Below are positions 39,231-52,977 of a stretch of DNA of 64,000 nt, piece by piece. The first letter of the stretch is position 1, and each line of letters begins with the position of its first letter. The notes under the pieces were generated by a model. The model made no database searches, was not told the origin of the DNA, and was given only the letters and a program-made list of their open reading frames with translations. The translations under genes were made by a program, and so were the position numbers. This stretch comes from Chrysemys picta bellii (taxonomy: Eukaryota), in assembly GCF_011386835.1 (NCBI RefSeq), contig NC_088809.1, positions 10,540,001 to 10,604,000 of the forward strand. Reading direction: 5' to 3'.

Positions 39231-40855
39231 TAGGGCTGTCGAGCAATTTAAAAAAAATTAATCGTGATTAATCGTACAATTAAAAAAAATAATCGGGATT
39301 AATCGCACAGTTAAACAACAATAGAATACCATTTATTTAAATATTTTTGGATGTTTTCTACATTTTCAAGTATATTGATTTCAATTACAAAACAGAATAC
39401 AAAGTGTACAGTGTTCACTTCATATTTATTTTTGATTGCAAGAATTTGCACTGTAAAAAACCCAAAAGAAATAGTACTTTTCAATTCACCTAATACAAGT
39501 ACTGCAGTGCAATCTCTATCATGAAAGTTGAACTTTCAAATGGAGAATTATGTACAATAAACTGTTTTATTTTTGAATGCAATGTAAAATTTTAGAGCCT
39601 GCAAGTCCTACTTTTTTTCAGCCAATTGCTCAGAAAACATGTTTGTTTACATTTGCAGGTGATAATGCTACCCACTTCTTGGTTACAATGTCCCCTGAAA
39701 GTGAGAACAGGCGTTCACATGGCACTGTTGTAGCCGGCGTCACAAGATTCACTAAAGATTCATATGTCCCTTCATGCTTCAACCACCATTCCAGGGGACA
39801 TGTGTCCATGTTGATGACGGGTTCTGCTTGATAACAATCCAAAGCAGTGCAGACCGATGCATGTTCATTTTCATTATCTGAGTCAGATGCTACCAGCAGA
39901 ATGCTACCAGCAGTTGATTTTCTTTTTTGGTGGTTTGGGTTCTGTAGTTTCTGCATCGGAGTGTTGCTCTTTTAAGATTTCCGAAAGCATTCTCCACACC
40001 CAGGGCCAGCTTCAGGCACCAACGAACCAAGCAGGTGCTCTAGCTATCTTTAGAAATCTCACATTGGTACCTTCTTTGCATTTTGTCAAATCTGCAGTGA
40101 AAGTGTTCTTAAAATGAACAACATGTGGTGGGTCATCATCCGATACTGCTGTAACATGAAATATATGGCAGAATGCAGGTAAAACAGAGCAGGGGACATA
40201 CAATTCTCCCCCAAGGAGTTCAGTCACAAATTAATTAATGCATTATTTTTTTAATGAGCGTCATCAGCATGGAAGCATGTCCTCTGGAATGGTGGCCGAA
40301 GTATAAAGGGACATACGAAAGTTTAGCATGTCTGGCACGTAAATACCTTGCAATGCCGGCTACAAAAGTGCCATGCAAATGCCTGTTCTCACTTACTGGG
40401 GACATTGTAAATAAGAGGGCAGCATTATCTCCTGCAAATGTAAACAAACTTGTTTGTCTTGGGTATTGGCTGAACAAGAAATAGGACTGAGTGGACTTGT
40501 AGATTCTAAAGTTTTACATTGCTTCGTATTTGAGTGCAGTTATATAACAGAAAAAAATCTACATTTGTAAATTACACTTTCACGACAGAGATTGCACTAC
40601 AGTATGAAGTGAACTGAAAATACTATTTCTTTTATCATTTTTACAGTGCAAATATTTGTAATAAAAATAATATGCACTGATTTCAATTACAACATAGAAT
40701 ACAATATATATGAAAATGTAGAAAAACATCCAAAATATTTAATAAATTTCAACTGGTATTCTATTGTTTAACAGTGCAATTAAAACAGCAATTAATCGTG
40801 ATTAATTTTGTGTGTGTTAATCACGTGAGTTAACCGTGACTAATCAACAGCTCTA
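39231..40855. mobile_element. Fold-back hAT element (ZBED1-like transposase C-terminus) made of two 3' ends
   Basis: TIRs TAGGGCTGTC / CAACAGCTCTA; hAT dimerisation-domain remnant CPLEWWLKHEG...PATTVPCERLFSLSGDIV on minus (39630-39956) and CPLEWWPKYKG...PATKVPCKCLFSLTGDIV on plus (40254-40484). Confidence 0.88.
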
Positions 40856-41193
40856 GTTTCTACATTTTTAAAATGAAATTTGATTTTAAACACCTTTTTG
40901 CTATAAACTTTACTACAATTTTATTTTATTTTTCAAAGGTAAAAAAAAATCCCTCAAAAATGAAATGTGTCATTCCAGCTCAAGCAAAACCTTTAGAAAA
41001 AAGAGGGGGAAAAAATTGTTTCGGGTCAACCTGAAATGTTTGAAAATGTTTTGGGTTTGGCCACGAAACCAAAAAATCAGTTTTTCACATTATTCTGGCT
41101 GAGAGGATGTCCATACAGTTCAAGCTGAGAGTGTAGTTCCCAGCTCGGGAGACATACCAGGGCTAACTTTGACCAAGCTCACATGCATATCCC

Positions 41194-41411
41194 GAGACTA
41201 ACAAGGGTGCTAATTAGTGCCAATTACAGTGGGAGTTTATCTGATGTGGACTTTTGCACCTTAGAAACTGAACGGTGAACACCTATCAATTTCAAATGAC
41301 CCACACAACAGCCATCAGATGGTAACAACTTTCTACCGCTACCCACTGGAGCTGGATTTGAATAGGAGGCCAAATGTGGTTTCCCATTACCAATCCTTTG
41401 AACCAACCAAC
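41194..41411 (-). mobile_element. LF-SINE 5' half
   Basis: Reverse complement reads GGATTGGTAATGGG...TTCAAATCCAGC...TTACCATCTGATGGCTGTT...GTCCACATC...AATTGGCACTAATTAGCACCCTTGTT, matching the remembered LF-SINE consensus. Confidence 0.8.
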
Positions 41412-44400
41412 ACATAGTCTATTTAAATGAGGTCTTTGCAGGCTGTGTACTTCTGCAGGAGCTCAAGTCTTGCCAAATGTTGTATATCAGACTTGACACT
41501 TTTTGATTTTTTAACTAGATCATTTAAACAAATCCACCTAAATTAATATCCACATGTTAATAAAACGTGCAAATAAAGTCTATTGGTGAAACAACTTCTC
41601 AGCAGCTTTATTATGCATTTAAAAGGTTTTTTTTAAAAATAAAAATAAGAATATAAACTTTAAGAGTTATAAGGCATTTAAATATTTAATGACTCAGGAA
41701 GCTCATTTGAAAGTAAAAGTTAAGAGCGCGGTAATTCATTTTCTCATTAAACCACCTAATGCAAATCACAATGACTACACAAGATACTTTCACTGAATGA
41801 CACTAACACTTGCCAGCACTAATCAAAACGGTGCCCGCCTGGGAATACTGGTGCTCTCAGACTTGGCAGGGAAGCAGGGAAAACTGCCAAACTCAGCAAG
41901 TTGACAGGGTCTGCTGTGCTTCAGAGCCGGTGGAGGGACTGCATTCAAAATTGCAGCATGGTCCAACCTGACCAGCGATACAAAAACTCTACAAACGTAC
42001 CTTTTCACTCTCCTTCTTCAATCAGCTGATTGGACCACTTATGAATACTTTGTATCAAGAGCAATGGCCCCTCTGGTTCTTGTGTCCCCAAGACTGTCCC
42101 TTCCTTACGTATTGGCACCAAATGAGGCTGTAAACCTTAAGACCTGATCCAAAGCCCAATGAAGAGTCCCGTTGACTTCGTTCCCAAAGCCACCCTTTCT
42201 AAGTCAACCGTAAAGCCCCCATATGACAGTGGTGTCCTGTGGCTTAATCAGCATCTGTGAAGAACTCCAAAGTTCTCAGACAACGAGCATGCTAAAATAT
42301 TGCTAGCCCCTGGGGAGATTTCCTCTTTGGCAGCGATTTTCTTGTTAGGCGAACAATGCTGTCTGAGGACCACATCACAAGTGATTATATTTGAGACACA
42401 GCAGCAGCAATCTCACAGGGTGATGCTGAATTTTTAATAGACCCTTAAGCTTACTATTTGAAAAACAGCACTGGAGAGTCCAATCACTTTCGCACCACAG
42501 GAGAAAGACTGACCCAAGACTCCAGAAATCATGATACAGTTTAAGATTTCCACTTTTTCCCCCATGAATGCAATAAGAGCAGGTTCAGAAGGTCCCAGAC
42601 TTTCCTCAGTGAACAAATATCCACCGATTCAGAAAATTCTCTTTGTATTTAGGTGGGTGTACATTATTTACTTCATCTTATATATTTTCAGGAAGTAGTA
42701 AGCTCTTTGTATTAATCAAAATCTTAATGCAATATGGACCCTATTCCTGATGCCTTTGGGCAGTTTCACAAATGCATAATAATTATTGAATAAAATTAGG
42801 TTTTACTACATGTCTTTATATCCAGTTCTTCACCCATTCGTTGGTGCTGCACTTGCAAACAGGTATTATGCAGCATGTACAAAGGCTGCAGAATTGGGCC
42901 CCCTTTCTTTCTGGAATTGCTTTGAAGGTACAGACCTGAGTTCAAAGCTTCAGGCTTCTACTCTCCTAAACAGTGACAGCAAATGCAGCACCACACTGTG
43001 CAGAAGCCAAATAACCCTCCAGTAATTCTTCTATTAAAATAATTGCCAGGCCAAAGGAATACTGCAAACAGCTGTAGTTCATCCCATCAGCATATTCTCT
43101 CTCCTTTTGGAACCCCATCTTCTACTTTATGCCAGAGCCCCTGTTAGCTGCAGACAGAATATTGCGTATTTCCTTTGCAGAAATGAAACTATTACAGTAG
43201 AATAAATATGTTATGCAATGGCCTAAGCTATCCCGTGAGCACGGCACGTGTGCTGAAGAATCAAAAAGACAATAGCGTTTTGCAGTGAAATAAACTGAAG
43301 TGAGGGTCCATCTGCCTTATACAATGGCACCTTAGCTACACTTAGAAAAAAGCTCAGCTCTGAACGGGCAGGCTAATATCTCACCAGGTGCACCTGCCAC
43401 AACTGGGGAGCTGGCTGTCACAACGAAACACGGCAATACCATCTCCACCCCCTATATTTAAGGTGGAGATGTTCCCGAAACAAAAGTCTTGGATGTGAAC
43501 ATCCCCAAATTTGACAGGCAGTCTCATGGTTTCCTTGCGCTCCCCCGTCTTGTCTTACACTGAAGTTGCAGGTTGCTTCTTTGGGGTAGGGAAAGTCGTC
43601 TTGTTCTGTGGCTGTAGAGTGCCCACACAATGGGTCCCGGTCCATGACCAAGGCTCCTTAGTGCGATAAAATAATAAATAATAGTACTTCAGATCTGAAT
43701 TTCCTGGCTGTCACACTTCACATGGGAGCTGAGTCAAGTCCACTGGAAGCTTTCCATTGATTTCAATGGGCTTTGGAGCCGGGATGTAATGGGCTGAACC
43801 AAAACCCCAGCTACTTCCAAACTGTGAGGAAGTATTGCTGAACATTGAAAAATTTGAGGCCCCATCTCTAATTTAGGAGTAAAAATGCCACAAGGCCTCC
43901 TTAATTGTGCCCACAACATTTGCCCATTTAAAAATTAAAATTTCAGCCGGAAGACCCAAAAATATTCTCTCTTACACAAAGGCCCCTTTATACCACTCTG
44001 GCAGTGGTGTAAAGGGGCTTTAGTGTAAATGAAATTCTGGCCCTTGATCTGAATCACTGCCAAGCTGATACACGTATTCATTTTGAGACAAATCCCTAGA
44101 TCCTTACCCAGTTCTTACTCAGTCCTTACTGACTTCAGTGGGAGTTTGTCTGCGGAAGTAAAAACTGGTCCTGATTCTCTATTGCCCTGGACCTTGTGCA
44201 AATATTTGCACTGGTGCACAGTGAGTGCAAAATGGGTGTAAAGCTTTTACCCATCTTGAAAAGCATTTCCCACTCACTTTTCACGGCTGTAAATGACTAC
44301 AAAAATGTGCTGGGCAATGGAGAATGTTAGAGCTCTGCGAGTTGGCCCTCGGTTTGTATTTAGGAGTGGTACAGGGGGGCGGGGAAGAAAGAACAACAAC

Positions 44401-45540
44401 AAACAGGACTGCTTCCAAATTTGGAAGCAGAACAAGTCTGTATTCACGGGAACTAGGATATTGGCAGCTGTAGTGACAAGATCACACAAAACAGGATAAA
44501 TGGCTCTCCTATATGGCTGTATATTTCATTTCGAATGAGAGGAAAAAAGGTTATTTACCAGATTTTGTGTCTGGACAAAGCGTTTTGAAAATAAAATAGG
44601 AGGCACCATGGGCTGACAAGTAGAACCATGTCAGCAGTCAGTTCATACCTGGGCGGAAAGAGAGAGATTAGGTTTTACAGCTTGGAGTACAATGTGTCTT
44701 TACAGAGTAGAATTCCGCAGATCAGTGTATTTCTGTGATGCTGATTCTGGTGATTATTCTCTGCCTGCAATGTGCTCTTGTAAACTGGGCCCAGGCTTGA
44801 GCCTCATGAGTCCTGAGCTCTGTTCTTGGTTCTTCCTAACCTGCTGTACAACCTTGGGCGCACTCTACCTGATTCCCGTCACCCTTCGTCACTTTGCTTA
44901 GCTTGTAAGCGCTGTGGGGCAGGGACTGTCTGTAACTATGTGTTTGTACAGTGGCGCTCTTTTCAGTGGGGGGTCTCTTGGTGCTACTGTAATAATGATA
45001 ATAATTACTGCTTCCAAATTTTCTCTCTGAGGATAATCTGCAATAGTTACTCACACTTTCTTCTTTCAAGCACACAGCCTCCGTTAAATTTTTCTGATGT
45101 TTCTTGCATCCGACCTACCAACATTACTGTCATCTGAGTTGGAGTGAGCTTCAGTCACCTAGCCCTCAATCATGTCCCAGCTTCTACTAAACACAATGTA
45201 AATCAGTCCACAGCACTGGCTCTAGTAGTTGAGGGCATGTTTATACTATGGCAGGTGCGGTAGCATAGACACTTTCTCCAATGATAGAAGGAATGATTCC
45301 ATCCATGTACGTCATCTCCGAGAGGCAGTAGCAAGGGCCATGGAAGAATTCTTCCACTGACGTAGCTCCATCTACAGTGAGGGTTAAGGGCAGTCTAACT
45401 ACGTTGAATAAGGCACGACATCTTTCACAGCCCTGAGCAATGTAGCTAGGTCAGTCTAATGTTTAAGTCCTGAGAAATAGAGATATAGAACTGGGAGTAA
45501 TCAGCCTACTGAAAGCATCTTAAAATAAAAATATATGGAG

Positions 45541-45722
45541 ATATACCTATCTCCTAGAACTGGAAGGGACCTCAAAAGGTCATTGAGTCCAGCCTCCTGC
45601 CTTCACTAGAAGGACCAAGTACTGATTTTTGCCCCAGATCCCTAAGTGGTCCCCTCAAGGATTGAACTCACAACCCTAGGTTTAGCAGGCCAATGCTCAA
45701 ACCACTGAGCTATCCCTCCCCC
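45541..45722 (-). mobile_element. Tortoise Pol III SINE
   Basis: Reverse complement of the 26457-26634 family, with A and B boxes and a CR1-like tail. Confidence 0.9.
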
Positions 45723-47280
45723 CTAAAATAATTGGCATCTTAGCCAATGCTTCTTTACTAACTGTCCTAGTGACCCCACATACACATTGGAAAAGGGGAC
45801 CAGATGTGCATTGATGAACTCTTGGGCAGAAGAGCAATTACCCCAAATAAAGCGTAGAGAACAGCTTGTAAGGAGCACATGGTAAAAGATTAAGTTTTCT
45901 AGACCAGAGCTATGTAAGGCTGTAAGTGTTACTAAGAGAACTTTAAAATCAATACAGTGTTTTACAGGGAGCCAGTGTGGGGATTTCAAAATAAGAGTGA
46001 TAGGCTGAGAGAGACGTGTAACTGTAAAGAGGTGAGCTGCTGCATTCTCAATCTGCTACCTCCTAAAAATAATGTGATGAGGAAGTCCAGAAAATAAAGA
46101 ACTGCATTAATCCTGCCATGAGAAAAGAACAGTCCTTCTACTGATGGACTTACTCCATCTTGCTGCTAGCTCATTTAAAGCCAGGCTCTTACTACCTTTG
46201 TCTCTCCTCCTTTCCTTACACCCCGGGTGGCTTATTTAATTCTACTGTTGTGTCTTTAGGATTGTAAGTTCCCTGAGGCAGGGACTGTCTCTTACTACAG
46301 TGCCTAGCGCAATGTGGCCTAGTTGGGGCCTTTGGGCACTTTGGTAATAAATAATAATAAATACGGTGTTCAGCACTCATTCTAAAATCATCCCCTCAAA
46401 ATGCTCCATAATTGGCATAGGTCACTTGCTTGATTAATAAAATACAGCTTGTGATGACTAAGGCCTATTGCTGGAAGAACCAAGAGAGCTGAGTTGTTAC
46501 TGGGATAATTGCTCTGGTCATGTTCAGATAACTAAGCACCCTGTACTGCAGGAAGTGCCAGTGACCCACTTTCCTTGGGGGGGGGGGGGGGGGGAAAAAA
46601 AAAAAAAAAAAAAAAAAACAAGGGGTAGCCACTTAACTGCTGTGTGGCAGGTGCTTTTTGCTGCTTCACTGGCGTTCACTCCCCACACAGCAGGATTGGT
46701 TTAAACGTGTGGCTGTTAAAGGTTCCACTGAAGAATCAATATATTGAGTCAATGGTACCGTAAATACACGAAGGCTTGGAACAAGTTTATTGCAGTCTTA
46801 CAGAACAGCCAAGGAGAACTCATCCACAGCTGTGATTGTTGCTAATCACTTAGCATCGTACATAAATGCAGATGGTGCTTTAAGGTAACACATACGGTGT
46901 GATTCAGCCACAAAACCCACCAGCATATGGCTTGGGTGATAGCAAAGCCCATGCATTGTTTCCATGACTAGGCTGATGTCAGAGTGTAAGGAATGCTCCA
47001 TTCTGGCCACCTGGTCACTTTTTCTCTCTGTCCATCATTAGCATGGTGCTCCTATTCTCCACAAGCCTCAGCTGGCACTTTTGCTCCTCATTTCTTTCCC
47101 AGTATGATCCTGGAGTCAGGCACTTTATTCTGAAGTCAGGTGGCCTCATCTGCTCTCAGGCAATTTTAGCTATTGAAGCACAGGCCTAACTTTAAGCACG
47201 TGAGGAATCCCACGGAGTTCAAAAGGATGCCTTGACGTTAGGCATGTACATTTAAGCAGCTTGCTCAATCGGGGCCTCAG

Positions 47281-47403
47281 TAGGGTGACCAGATGTCCCG
47301 ATTTTATAGGGACAGTCCCGATTTTTGGGTCTTTTTCTTATATAGCCTCCTATTACCCCTCACCTCCGTCCCGATTTTTCACACTTGTTCTCTGGTCACC
47401 CTA
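47281..47403. mobile_element. hAT (Tip100-like) MITE
   Basis: TIRs TAGGGTGACCAGA / TCTGGTCACCCTA; perfect TSD GGCCTCAG. Confidence 0.92.
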
Positions 47404-47532
47404 GGCCTCAGTTACAAGCATCCAGATCTAGAGTTACTCCAACGGAATTTCTTCAGATTCTGACGGGTCCAATCGAACTGAATTTGGCCCTATGTCCTCA
47501 AATCTCTTCAAGGATATTCTGAATCTAAGTGT

Positions 47533-47815
47533 CAGGGCCAGCTCTAACTTTTTTGCTGCCCCAAGCAGCAAAAAAAAGCGCCGCCCCCCGAGCTCCCCCG
47601 CAGAGCGCCGCGCCCACGCCCCAGCGCCGCGCCGCCCCCCCCCCACGAACACCGCGCCACCGGAGCCAGCCCCCCGCTGAAACCCCCCCCGCGCCGCGCC
47701 CGCGCCGCCGGAGCGCCCCCCCCCGCGGAATGCCGCACCGCGCTCCCCCCGCCGCCCCTTACCAGGTGCTGCCCCAAGCATGTGCTTGGGTGCCTGGTGC
47801 CTGGAGCCGGCCCTG
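47533..47815. mobile_element. GC-rich hAT MITE
   Basis: TIRs CAGGGCCAGCTC / GAGCCGGCCCTG; perfect TSD CTAAGTGT. Confidence 0.92.
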
Positions 47816-48082
47816 CTAAGTGTCAAAGGCTAAAGGCTACGATCGCCTTCCTCTTGGCAGTTCTGGCACATAGGATTAACATTTCCAGCTGGGTGAAATT
47901 CTATGGCCTTTTTTCACCATCTTCCACTTTGGAGAATTAGATTCCCACCAAGCAGATACGAGTAGCCACAGCCAATTATTCTACTCCATTTGACTATGGA
48001 GAAAAGCCTTAAAGAGAAGGTGTCTTGTATCTACCAACTCCAGGCCAGACACTAGAACAGACTTTGGGCCTGCTCTTGTGAA

Positions 48083-48832
48083 TAGGGTTGCCAACTGTCT
48101 AATCACATAAACTCAAACACACTTGCCCCAACCCTTCCCCACCCACTCCATCCCCCCTCCCTCCATTGCTCATTCTCCCCCACCCTCACTCACTTTCACT
48201 GGGCTGGGGGTTGGGGTGTGGGCTCTGGGCTGGGGACGAGGGGTTCAGAGTGTGGGAGAGGGATCTGGGCTCAGCCTGGGGCAGGGGGTTGGGGTGCAGG
48301 AGAGGGTGCGAGGTGCAAGCTCTGGGAGGAAGTTTGGGTATTTGAGGATGCTCAGGGCTGGGGAAGGGGGTGGAGGGGTACAAGCTTCGGCCAGGTGGCG
48401 TTTACCTTGGGGGGGCTCCTGGTCGGTGGCGCAGTGGGGCTAAGGCAGGCTCCCTGCCTACCCTGGCTCTGTGTCACTCCTGGAAGTGGCCGGCATGTCC
48501 CTGTGGCCCCTGGGAGGGGGGAAGGGGGCTCCGTGTACTGCTCCAGGCTGCAGGCACCACCCCTGCAGCTCCCATTGGCTGGGAACTGCAGAGTTAGGAC
48601 GGGGGCAGCATACGCAGACCCCTTGCCCTCCCCCCCCAGGGGCCGCAGGGACATGCTGGCCGCTTCCAGGAGCGGCGCGGGGCCATGGCAGGCAGGGAGC
48701 CTGCCTTAGCCCTGCTGCACAGTTGGACTTTTACCAGCCTAAAATCTCCCAGTTTGGCTTCAGTAGCCTCCAGGAGATAGAGCCCGATTCCAGGAGACTC
48801 CCAGCAAAACCAGAAGGGTTGGCAACCCCGTA
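48083..48832. mobile_element. Non-autonomous hAT element
   Basis: TIRs TAGGGTTGCCAAC / GTTGGCAACCCCGTA; TSD CTTGTGAA / CTTGCGAA; the empty site is visible in the paralogous sequence near 52880. Confidence 0.9.
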
Positions 48833-49059
48833 CTTGCGAATCCTTATTCATAAGACCTGGCTTTACTCATTAGAGTATTCCCTTTGAAGTCACTACTCAT
48901 AGGTGAAAGTCACCTTCAGTGCAAGAAATCTGCATAAGTCTATGTTCTACTTAAGTCCTATTCAAACCTTCCAAATTGGTGCAAGTATTGCATAGACCTT
49001 GTATGGGTCTCCTGCACGTTCTATCCCATGAGTGTAAAGAGTGTGAGTAACTATTAACT

Positions 49060-49340
49060 ACTCACTCCTGCTAATAAAACCCAGATGATGTTTGCTTTTT
49101 TTGCAACAGTGTTACACTGTTGACTCTCATTTAGCCTGGGATCCACTGTGACCCCCAGCTCCCTTTCCACAGTACTCCTTCCTAGGCAGTCATTTCCCAT
49201 TCTGTATGCGTGCAACTGATTGTTCCTTCCTAAGTGGAATACTTTGCATTTGTCCTTATTGAATTTCATCCTATTTCCTTCAGACCATTTCTCCAGGTTG
49301 TCCAAATCATTTTGAATTTTAATCCTATCCTCCAAAGCGC
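49060..49340 (-). mobile_element. CR1 RT fragment
   Basis: DRIKIQNDLDNLEKWSEGNRMKFNKDKCKVFHLGRNN...ELGVTVD. Confidence 0.9.
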
Positions 49341-52300
49341 TTGTGGAAGGTCACACAGGAGATCAACGGCAGAACAGGGACTATAACCCTGTTTTTTTTT
49401 AATTCCCAGTCCAGTGACCCATCCGCTAGACCACGTTGCCCCTCCTTCTGTTGTTTCTCCCCAAGACAAGCTTGGCCGACTCTCACACCTACACTGGCCA
49501 AGCCTGGCAAGTTTCCAGCCATGCACTTCAGGCTGATGACTAGGAGCAGTGAGGCTGAGAAAGCTTTTCCTTTAAACCTAGAGCTCAATCAGGGTTCCAC
49601 TAGGTCTGGAACGTGCTCTGAGGGCTGTTGGGTTCATGACCCAAATTGCGTTGCTGCTCTGTCTTTTCTGTTACATACAGGACTGTGCATCCTCAGGCCA
49701 CTTCCTGTGTTCCCTTCACCTCCAGTAATGAGAGCACTGAAACAAAACAAAACGCGGACCTCTCCCTCCAGGAACCAATCGATTCTGAGTTTCAGTAAAC
49801 ACATTTCTCCCTCCTGCCCCCAACACCATTCACACAAGAAGGAAAAACAACAGGAGAGATTAAATAATTGATCTGCTCAACAGTAGCCACCTTTCACGAG
49901 CAAAAATAAAATAAAATAGCACAATAGCCTATAGTTGCAAAGAGCCATTAGGAAAAAACCACAGAGGTCAATGTGAACTGTATTTGTCCTAGTTTTATGG
50001 TTTCGGTATTTGTCTGACAAAGTCAAACTCTCTGACAAGCCCATTTATTTCTCTAATTCACGTCTGACTGGAGGAGATGAGCGATGGACGCAGCCACCTA
50101 TGAACTTGATATATTGGCTAGCTGTCATCAGCCTTTACAGTCACAACTGTATTTCCTTCCACTCAACACACGGGTGGGGAGGAGGAGGAGGAGGAGGGGG
50201 GAGTGGTTCTGCAATGAGCTGCACTGACCAAGAATGCTGGTTCCACAATAGGCCTGTCAGGCTGCTAAAATAGACTCTGCGATATTTGCAAAACGTTGTT
50301 AATCAAGAGACTCAGTTCAAGGCTTTTGACTGGCACATCCAGTTAAGTTGTAGCAAACACACGTTGTACAACTACTGTGCTGAGGCCACCTTCCTAATGG
50401 ATGTAAAGCAGAAGCAATCAATCAGAGAATCAAGAGTCGTCAGCTCTCAGCTCTCTGCATCTGTGAATGCAAATTGAATGAACAATAATGAGTGTTATCT
50501 AATTAGTCCACACAGCTGCAGTGTTACAGCCTTAGATAGGACATACCTTGTTAAATTTCATGGTATGTATAATAGAGTGTCTAAGTGAAAATGATTAAGA
50601 TTTGCCATGTGCATGCTTAGTAAGATAGAATTAGGTAGATTCTTAGTAATAAATGTATTATCTTCAGCAGATGGCCTTTGGATTAACTAATACAGGGATT
50701 CCTTTAACAGTGAGCCAGTTAAAGTGCAAATTAGTCAGAGGCAGCGTGATTGCTTAGTGCGTTAGTGCATTAACACTTTGGCCCCAGATCATCAATTGGT
50801 TGGGAACTGTCATCTTGACATCTCCAGATGGGCCAGACTCCAAGCTAGTTCACTCATATAGCCAGTTACCCGGCTTTCTCTCTCTCTTGCACGGCATTGC
50901 CAAAGCATAAGGCTTTCAAACTCTGTCTCATCAGCAGCCAGATTTTAGGTTGGCTGTCACCATAGTAGAAGCTGCACCCAAGGAGATTCTGTACCGTTCT
51001 CCTGTCTGTTACATCTGCTGGACTGTATGAACCCAGAGTCACTTTTCATCAGGTCACAGACGTAGAGGGTTTCTGTTCACTACTGTTTGCTGAGACTTTC
51101 TTCTAGACTGAAGAATGATGCCCCATGTTCCTGCAAGGGTTACGGGGTGCTGTCATTTGTATTATTGTGGTGCCTTCGGGCCTCAACTGATGTGGAGGCC
51201 CCATTTTGCTAGATACTGGACATACCCAAGAGATGCTCCCTGTTCCCAAAGAACAGACAGTTTAAATAGATAGAGGCACAATGTCAGTGAACTGGTGTCT
51301 GGGGTTTCCATTTTGGGCCCATCTTGGCAGGTTATATGCTGAATGGAAGGTCAGGACCTCCTGGGATTTGGCCTTATATAAATATGGTGATGGAGGAATG
51401 GCTAGTGGATTAGCATTAGTGGGATTAAATGGTGAACTGTTATGATACAGTAGCAAGGAACTTAGACAAGGGTTTCAGGTTCGGGACAGAATGCCTATTG
51501 TTTTGGTCATTCCACTTTGGGTGAGTAGATTGTTGCTAGTGGTCGGAGAATTCTCACTGGGGCACCTATCCTTCAGAAGTGACCCAAGGTTCTACTAGGA
51601 ATGGATGTGGTTCCATCTTTGATTTTCTGAGAGAGACCATAGCAAAACTCTCACTGAGTTCAATGGGGCCAGGATTTTACTCGCATATATTGAAAGTGCT
51701 TATAAAGTTGCACACTGGCTTTTTTTTCACATGCCCTGGTTGGGTGTGTGCCTTTGACATCTGGCCAACCATAAATCGTGCAGGGTTCATTAGGAAGGGA
51801 AGGGATTTGGGCTATTAAAGTTGTGCCAATTTGGAGAGATGTGTGTGTTGTGTGTGTGGTGGGTTAGTAGGGAAGTTACATTATGCAATTAAAATCCCTA
51901 TAGGGTTTAAAGAAAATAAACCACTTCATCTACAAATCCAACTTTTAATGAATGTTTGAGAGAATCAGGCAAAATGAATACAGAATTACTACACCCCCAT
52001 ATATACATTAAAATTTTAAGTGCTTATATTTTCTTTTCACTTCCAAATATCACTGCAATTATCACCAAAGTTTATCATTGTTAATACTTGCTCAGACATA
52101 CTGTGGCAATTATCTCCTTCTTCCCTCACTTTTCTTGTTAATTCATTCCTTAGCTTCATTTACAAGCAGTGGGTTGATAGTGGAGAGTAGTTATGTATGC
52201 TTTTTAAATGTGCGTGTACGTGATGTGTGTGGTAAGGGAACAGGTGTCTTTTCATTCTTTTTTTTTTCTGTTCCATGACCTCTCATGCATATATTATCAA

Positions 52301-52683
52301 CAGTATCTATCTTACATATTTTTAATGTCTTTAGACACCATTCCATAAGTGGAAAGTACCATGGGCCAGATCCTCAGCTGGTGAAAAATCAACATCACTC
52401 CCTTGAAGCCAATGGAACTATGCCCATAAATGGCTCCTTACAGCTAATAAAGGGTTAACAAAACTCAGCTGTAAATACTGAGATATTGTATGGGCTCCTG
52501 TGGAACCGCAAACGCACAGCCTGAGCAACAGCTCCTGCTAGATCAGTCATGGAGAACATAGTTTTTGGATCCTCTGGTAAAATTGCTGTCTATGAACCAG
52601 GAGGATCTGGGGACTGGGTCGAGCTGGAGGTCGTATCTGCGAGGAGATTTAAGGACCAATCCTGCACACTCTTATTCCAGCAA

Positions 52684-52977
52684 TCTTTATATGCAAGGGA
52701 TGGAATGTGCAGAAGACCCATACATAGTCTATGCAATACTTACACCAATTTAGAAGGTCTGAATAGGACTTAAGTAGTACATAGACTTATGCAGATTTCT
52801 TGCACCGAAGGTGACTTTCACCGGTAAGTAGTGACTTCAAAGGGAATACTCTGATGAGTAAAGCCAGGTCCCAAAAGTAAGGGTTCACAAGAGCAGGCCC
52901 TAAGTCTGTTCTAGTGTCTCACCTGGAGCTGGTAGATACAGGACCCCTTCTCTCTACAGCTTTTCTCCATAGTCAAA
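52684..52977 (-). repeat. Inverted paralog of 47989-48082 plus 48841-49040
   Basis: Manual alignment: 9 mismatches over the first 94 nt and similar identity over the next ~200 nt. Confidence 0.9.

Noticed and set aside
41834-41856. CCGCCTGGGAATACTGGTGCT resembling the 3' part of 5S rRNA
   Set aside because: Only ~14 exact nt, with no flanking 5S or AmnSINE similarity.
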